35,776 nucleotides of DNA from a virus, in the IMG/VR virus record IMGVR_UViG_3300045988_122132; one strand, written 5' to 3'. The notes under the pieces were generated by a model. The model had not been told where the DNA came from, made no database searches, and worked only from the letters and a program-made list of their open reading frames with translations. Positions 31,715 to 35,776 of this stretch are shown in pieces. Numbering within the stretch: position 1 is the first letter of the stretch; every line of letters begins with the position of its first letter. The position numbers and the translations under genes were made by a program.

Positions 31715-31716
31715 TG

Positions 31717-31929
31717 TCAGTACCTCCTGCCCCATAAAAAATCTTGAACTTCTTTGGTTAATCGTTTTTGGCTCGATTGGTATGTTTGACTTGTAATTTC
31801 TCTCTGCTCTTTTTTGCCTTGATATAAAACAATCATAATCTCCCTTTCCTTCATTTTTTTTTGAGCTTCTCGTTCATCAAATCCGCATGAGAGTAAGTAG
31901 TTATAATAATCGTTATCGCTTTTGGCCAT
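31717..31929 (-). CDS. Hypothetical protein (70 aa)
   Basis: RBS GGAGGGCAACAATG. Lies in an AT-richer segment and contains an A9 run. Confidence 0.45.
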   Translation of the reverse strand: MAKSDNDYYNYLLSCGFDEREAQKKMKEREIMIVLYQGKKEQREITSQTYQSSQKRLTKEVQDFLWGRRY

Positions 31930-31942
31930 TGTTGCCCTCCAA

Positions 31943-32179
31943 TCATTCCTCCGTTTCATCACGATATTGCACACCTGCGGCCTCCAAAGCTTCGCAGTCC
32001 TCATCGTACACGCCCGCGGGGGCTTTGAAATCGTGGCACATTATGTATGTGTGTACCATGATAAAATCCAGCAAAGAGTCGCAATAATCGCAGTACAGCC
32101 GTTTCGCCTTGCCCCGTGATTCCGCTGCAACGTACAGCCCCGCTTCATGCAAATCATCCGTGCAAAAATATAAATTCAT
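31943..32179 (-). CDS. Hypothetical protein (78 aa)
   Basis: RBS GAAGGAGGTAAAGAAGGCATG. Its start overlaps the upstream stop as ATGA. Confidence 0.5.
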   Translation of the reverse strand: MNLYFCTDDLHEAGLYVAAESRGKAKRLYCDYCDSLLDFIMVHTYIMCHDFKAPAGVYDEDCEALEAAGVQYRDETEE

Positions 32180-32472
32180 GCCTTCTTTACCTCCTTCGGC
32201 AGCTCTGGTAGTGGCATCCAATGCGAAATGTAAGAGGAATCAGATGATAAATCATCAAGCCCGATTAGGGCATTTAGATGCATTGAGATATCGTCAATCC
32301 CGATACTCCAGATTTTTTGCGTTGTGTCAAATTGCGCAATAGTCGTACAGCATCGCTCATACGATTCACCAAAAATATCAGTTCCGTAATGCCAAATTGT
32401 TACGATGCACTCAACATATATGCTTTCGCCATCGCGCTCCGGCAGTCTGTCTTTAACGCTTATCCAATCCAT
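32176..32472 (-). CDS. DUF551-like phage protein
   Basis: The N-terminal MDWISVKDRLPE motif is characteristic of the DUF551 family. Confidence 0.6.
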   Translation of the reverse strand: MDWISVKDRLPERDGESIYVECIVTIWHYGTDIFGESYERCCTTIAQFDTTQKIWSIGIDDISMHLNALIGLDDLSSDSSYISHWMPLPELPKEVKKA

Positions 32473-32475
32473 TCT

Positions 32476-32799
32476 TTAATCCTCCCTTTCTACGCATTTT
32501 TTCTCGCCGTTATTCTTATACCGTGATGCGTCGCCTTTTACTTTTAGTGTGATTTCATCGATAGACATATCCATCATTGCTGCTATACCGCACAATGCGG
32601 CGTACATTCGCCTTGCCTTCTGTAGGTTTTCGTCTTTTGGCTTGGGCGGCGGCGGTGTCTGTTTCAGCCGTTCCACTTTAGGGCGTATCATCGGGGCGGT
32701 GTAGCTGTCCTTTATGCCCCTGTCGGCGTTGTATATCGCCGTATTTTCAGTTGGGCAAATATACCCGCTGGCATTTGTGTAATCTCTTCGCGTTTTCAC
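32476..32799 (-). CDS. Hypothetical protein (107 aa)
   Basis: ORF with coding-like composition, tightly packed between neighbouring genes. Confidence 0.5.
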   Translation of the reverse strand: MKTRRDYTNASGYICPTENTAIYNADRGIKDSYTAPMIRPKVERLKQTPPPPKPKDENLQKARRMYAALCGIAAMMDMSIDEITLKVKGDASRYKNNGEKKCVERED

Positions 32800-32802
32800 T
32801 TT

Positions 32803-33243
32803 TTACGCCCCCTTATACGGGCATTCGCCCTCTGTGTTCCCGACCACGCCGCACCGCGTCAACGCCCTGCGGCGGCCACATTTGCGCACCTCCTTGCCCT
32901 CCAGCTCACAAAACGGGCAAGGGTTTGAAAAATCATCTATCACCAGCGATTCAAAGTCCTCGCGCGGGCAGATATAAAACTCCTTATCTATCCGCGCCGA
33001 AGTCTTAGGTACGGCGATAATCTCGTAAAATCCCGCCTGACGCTGCAAGGCCGTCACTTGCTCCGCGTCCCGCCCCTGTAAAAGGTGCTGTGATATCGTG
33101 GTGGCTGCGCCCATCATCAGCTTTGCTGCGTCCTCGTCCTCTTGGTGCAGCCGCCCGGTCTTGACCAGCACGTCACCAAAGCCAATCACCGAAGCAAGGG
33201 TGATGATAAGCTCCTTCAGATCCTTGTTGATGTATGCTCCCAT
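32803..33243 (-). CDS. Hypothetical protein with C-terminal Cys cluster (146 aa)
   Basis: The C-terminus carries CPFCELEGKEVRKCGRRRALTRCGVVGNTEGECPY. Confidence 0.5.
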   Translation of the reverse strand: MGAYINKDLKELIITLASVIGFGDVLVKTGRLHQEDEDAAKLMMGAATTISQHLLQGRDAEQVTALQRQAGFYEIIAVPKTSARIDKEFYICPREDFESLVIDDFSNPCPFCELEGKEVRKCGRRRALTRCGVVGNTEGECPYKGA

Positions 33244-33256
33244 AGATACTCCTTTT

Positions 33257-33850
33257 TTAATAATTTTTCACGGCCTCTTCGCGCGTGATGAAAAAATGTA
33301 TACCTGCCGCGCATTCGTGCCACCGGTTTTCGTCAAAATCTGGAGCCTCTGCGATTTCGCCGACACGGTAAACAAACCCTCTATCATGGTCGCTTGCGAC
33401 CTTGGTTAAGCCACTCGCGGAACCATCTGGATTAGTTATGCTCAGCACCTTCACCTTGCTACACCTGCATTTCCGTGTCGTCGAACTACTACGCTTCGCG
33501 TCCGCACAAATCTCCAACATGATAATTTTGCCCGCGGCTTTTTTATACCCGATAAACGCGCCTGCCTCAGGGCACTGTAGCGGGTAAAAGGCCGTGTGCG
33601 TATCCCATGCAACTTTGTCAACATTTCTGGCACCGTGCAGGTTGGCATTGCGCAGGTCGGCACCGCGCAGGTCGGCACCGTACAGGTCGGCACCGCGCAG
33701 GTCGGCACCGCGCAGGTCGGCACCGTACAGGTCGGCACCGCGCAGGTTGGCATTGCGCAGGTCGGCGCGTTCCCCGCCATCCTCACCTCTTGCCCATTTT
33801 GCGTGCTTATCGATGATTGCCTTTAATTTCGTATCGGATATTTTTTTCAT
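33257..33850 (-). CDS. Pentapeptide-repeat protein with globular C-terminal domain
   Basis: The N-terminal half is [46 protein letters not shown], matching the A(D/N)LXX repeat. An unassigned domain of about 120 aa follows. Confidence 0.8.
   Translation of the reverse strand: MKKISDTKLKAIIDKHAKWARGEDGGERADLRNANLRGADLYGADLRGADLRGADLYGADLRGADLRNANLHGARNVDKVAWDTHTAFYPLQCPEAGAFIGYKKAAGKIIMLEICADAKRSSSTTRKCRCSKVKVLSITNPDGSASGLTKVASDHDRGFVYRVGEIAEAPDFDENRWHECAAGIHFFITREEAVKNY
33637..33771. repeat. Nine contiguous 15-nt repeats (higher-order 45-nt unit) encoding the pentapeptide array
   Basis: gcaggtcggcaccgc-type units occur from 33637 to 33771. The variant order is mirror-symmetric: ttggcatt-type units at both ends and gt/ac variants inside. 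Confidence 0.9.
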
Positions 33851-34229
33851 TGTTTAGATACTCCTTTATCACTTTTATCGCCTCTTCCGCTCCCTTGCAA
33901 ACAACGGCCTTATAGCCTTGCTCCGCAAGCGCGGTTATCCAACTTTTTTGCGCCTCGCTCACCGTGCCGCCCTTTTGCCGTTTTAGCTCGATGTACAGGC
34001 CGTGATATCCTCCACGGCTCACGGGCAAGCACATATCCGGCACGCCTGACTTAACGCCCTGCGCTTTCAGCGCGATTGCGGTCTTGATTGCCCGCTTGCC
34101 GCCGTTGGGTATGGCGTACAGCAGCCCCAGTTCAGGGCGGGCGGCGGTCTCCATTGCCGCCCATTGAAAAATAATTCGCTGCTCTGCGTCCTCCAAGGGC
34201 ACGGTTGGCGGGGTATATGTGCGCCTCAT
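33807..34229 (-). CDS. VRR-NUC domain nuclease
   Basis: The PD-(D/E)xK pattern is GVPDMCLP...[11 protein letters not shown]. Confidence 0.75.
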   Translation of the reverse strand: MRRTYTPPTVPLEDAEQRIIFQWAAMETAARPELGLLYAIPNGGKRAIKTAIALKAQGVKSGVPDMCLPVSRGGYHGLYIELKRQKGGTVSEAQKSWITALAEQGYKAVVCKGAEEAIKVIKEYLNNEKNIRYEIKGNHR

Positions 34230-34429
34230 CTTCTCCCTCCCCGTGCCTCAGCGGGTGCATGTGCATCCGCCTGATATATCGGCATTATCTTGCCGTCTAT
34301 CCGCATACGGACAAGCCCTCCGCGCTGGCATGCTGCACGGTATGCCCTGTACAGGTCTTGGCGGCTGGTAGCGGTGTACAGCACGTGTGCAATACCGCAG
34401 TTTATTTCGATTAGCTCAAATGTGTGCAT
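34226..34429 (-). CDS. Hypothetical protein (67 aa)
   Basis: ORF with overlapping start and stop codons on both sides. Confidence 0.45.
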   Translation of the reverse strand: MHTFELIEINCGIAHVLYTATSRQDLYRAYRAACQRGGLVRMRIDGKIMPIYQADAHAPAEARGGRR

Positions 34430-35276
34430 TGGTCGCCCTCCAATTTTTGGCCTTATCGCGCCCTATGTTGTGGCAGTTTTCTCCCGCGTATTCGCGGATT
34501 CTGCCGCCTATGGCCTCATCAATCGCAAAAATTTCGTCGATTGTCCGCTCGCTGGATATGATGGTGATTTTATTGCCCGCGTTGTAGCGGTAATTGATAA
34601 TTTCATACGCCAGCCGGATGTCTGCCGATGTAGGCTGGCTATTAACCCCCGTGGGCTTAAAAAGGTCGTCTATATACAGCACATCGACCGATTTCAGCGG
34701 CCACACAAGTCTTGCATACTGGTCATCATTTGCGCAGGCTTTTAGCCATGCCGCCTCATCTGTCCACAGCATATAGCGGGTGCTTTTGCTGCGGTTAATA
34801 AAGCTTACCGCCAAGGCCGTGCATATGTGCGTTTTCCCCGCGCCGCTCTGCCCGCCGACGAAGAAAAACCCCATATCAGCGTCGCTAAATCTCTCCGCGC
34901 TGGCCTTTATTGCTTTTTGCCAAGGCGTGGTTGCCTTGTATGCGCCAAAGGTGCAGCGGGCGGCAAGATGTGATAGCCCCGACGTTTTCAGCATTTGCCG
35001 AGACCGCCGAATTGTCATGCACGCGCATTCTCGTGATCCCGTCTCAAAGTTGGGGTATCCGTATCGCGCCGTGTTGTCTATGACAGTCTCGACAAAGCCC
35101 TTGTTATGGCATATCGGGCAGTCATAGCCTGTAAGCTTGCCCTCTTGCGCGTTTACCCTGTCGGCCATTTTCTGCGCCCGTGCGAGCTTTTCTTCCGCCG
35201 TCATCTCCGACAACGGCTTATGGTTAGTAGTAATGCCCAAGTGCGCTAAAGTCCTGAGTATTTGGCTTTGCTCCAT
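34416..35276 (-). CDS. DnaC/IstB-like AAA+ helicase loader with N-terminal zinc finger
   Basis: Walker A GGQSGAGKTH, Walker B VDVLYIDDL and N-terminal CPICHNKG. RBS AAAGGAGGACGAGCGCAATG. Confidence 0.85.
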   Translation of the reverse strand: MEQSQILRTLAHLGITTNHKPLSEMTAEEKLARAQKMADRVNAQEGKLTGYDCPICHNKGFVETVIDNTARYGYPNFETGSRECACMTIRRSRQMLKTSGLSHLAARCTFGAYKATTPWQKAIKASAERFSDADMGFFFVGGQSGAGKTHICTALAVSFINRSKSTRYMLWTDEAAWLKACANDDQYARLVWPLKSVDVLYIDDLFKPTGVNSQPTSADIRLAYEIINYRYNAGNKITIISSERTIDEIFAIDEAIGGRIREYAGENCHNIGRDKAKNWRATNAHI

Positions 35277-35776
35277 TGCGCTCGTCCTCCTTTGCGTCTT
35301 TTGCCGCCCACGTTAGGATTGTGGCATAGTGGCTTTCATAGTGCTTTTTAGGCTTATTTTTGAGGTACTGTGATAGCCGCTCTATGCGTTCCGCCCAGTC
35401 TGTGAGGCGGGTTTTGAGTTTGTCTAACTCTGCGTCCGTTAAAAGCACATTGTCAAATTCGCCGTAGGCGTGCTTCGCGGGCTGGGGTTTGCCCCCCTTG
35501 GGGGGCGTATCCCCGTCAGGGGATAGGGGGATAATATTATTATCCTTATCCTTGTCCTTGTCTTTGTCTTTGTTATCTTTCGTTTGCTTTTTTTTGCTTT
35601 CTTTTGCTTTCGGTTGCTTTTCCCCGCTTTCGTTTGCTTTTTTTGGTCTGCCGCCTTTGCGCCCGTTTTCGGCCTTTTTTTCGAGTTCGGCCTGTGCCCG
35701 GTCTATATTTTGCTTTGCTATTGGCCACACAAATCGCTCGGCTCCCGAAAGCGTCCCCGCTTCGCCCGTCGATGCA
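35224..35776 (-). CDS. Replisome organizer / DnaD-like protein, C-terminal part (continues from 236..142 across the junction)
   Basis: The reading frame is open to the window end. It contains a K/D/E-rich linker (KDKDKDKDKD) and a C-terminal DnaD-like segment LLTDAELDKLKTRLTDWAERIERLSQYL...YATILTWAAKD. Confidence 0.75.
   Translation of the reverse strand, partial: ASTGEAGTLSGAERFVWPIAKQNIDRAQAELEKKAENGRKGGRPKKANESGEKQPKAKESKKKQTKDNKDKDKDKDKDNNIIPLSPDGDTPPKGGKPQPAKHAYGEFDNVLLTDAELDKLKTRLTDWAERIERLSQYLKNKPKKHYESHYATILTWAAKDAKEDERNGAKPNTQDFSALGHYY
35491..35580. promoter_or_regulatory. Candidate origin of replication inside the organizer gene linker
   Basis: Three adjacent palindromes: GCCCCCCTTGGGGGGC (35491..35506), TATCCCCGTCAGGGGATA (35508..35525) and GGATAATATTATTATCC (35529..35545). 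These are followed by CTT(A/G)TC hexamer iterations and TTTGCTTT iterations. Confidence 0.4.
35636..35776. repeat. Terminal direct repeat, copy 2 (identical to 1..141)
   Basis: Same 141-nt string as the window start. It lies inside a coding region, so it is most simply a circular-contig overlap. Confidence 0.95.

Larger units (their letters stand above)
1..35776. mobile_element. Complete temperate siphovirus-like phage genome (prophage or excised circular form)
   Basis: All canonical modules are present in order: repressor switch, integrase with attP-like repeats, replication, HNH/terminase, HK97-type head, connectors, tail with G/T frameshift and tape measure, and lysis. The window ends are identical, so the map closes into a circle. 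Confidence 0.85.

Noticed and set aside
33637-33771. Possible CRISPR array, also considered for 29074..29156.
   Set aside because: The repeats are contiguous 15-nt units with no spacers, they lie in frame inside coding genes, and no cas genes or leader are present.
33451-33857. Four extra long ORFs in other frames and on the other strand across the pentapeptide-repeat region (33451..33786 on the minus strand; 33594..33857, 33596..33826 and 33607..33816 on the plus strand).
   Set aside because: They exist only because the 15-nt repeat has no stop codon in any frame. Their translations are monotonous (AQVGT, RSAP and HRAGR runs) and they lack RBSs. The A(D/N)LXX frame, which has an N-terminal start and a C-terminal domain, is the real gene.

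Overview
The window is a complete, circularly closing temperate siphovirus-like phage or prophage genome of about 35.6 kb. Positions 1..141 are identical to 35636..35776, and one replication gene is split across that junction. Strong AGGAGG-type ribosome-binding sites, an LPXTG sorting signal and an NlpC/P60 endolysin suggest a Gram-positive, Clostridia-like host; this is inference only.

Gene order:
- 1420..2093: divergent XRE repressor switch with palindromic operators.
- 2422..5097 (+): lysogeny operon with a membrane-tethered HTH protein, a DnaQ-like exonuclease fused to BRCT, and a tyrosine integrase.
- 5044..5283: attP-like repeats.
- 5303..7285 (-): five-gene orphan cargo operon of Cys-rich, low-complexity proteins.
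- 7402..9522 (+): accessory cluster driven by two copies of an identical operator-containing promoter.
- 35776 down to 9534 (-): one long transcription direction. It carries replication genes (DnaD-like organizer, DnaC-like loader), VRR-NUC, a pentapeptide-repeat protein, small hypotheticals, a 4xHTH protein and a late regulator. These are followed by an N6-adenine methyltransferase, HNH, ParB-like protein, radical SAM enzyme, TerS and TerL. Next come the HK97-type portal, protease and capsid, connectors, major tail protein, G/T frameshift chaperone, tape measure, tail tip and fibre, an LPXTG protein, endolysin and holin.

No tRNA, rRNA, CRISPR array, reverse transcriptase or transposase was seen.

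Best candidates for something undescribed:
- the twin-promoter accessory locus, which has an acr-aca-like layout;
- the five-gene Cys-rich cargo operon next to attP;
- the orphan radical SAM enzyme inside the ParB/HNH/methylase packaging-proximal module;
- the membrane-HTH plus DnaQ-BRCT pair in the immunity region.

All functional calls come from motif recognition by eye. No database search was run.
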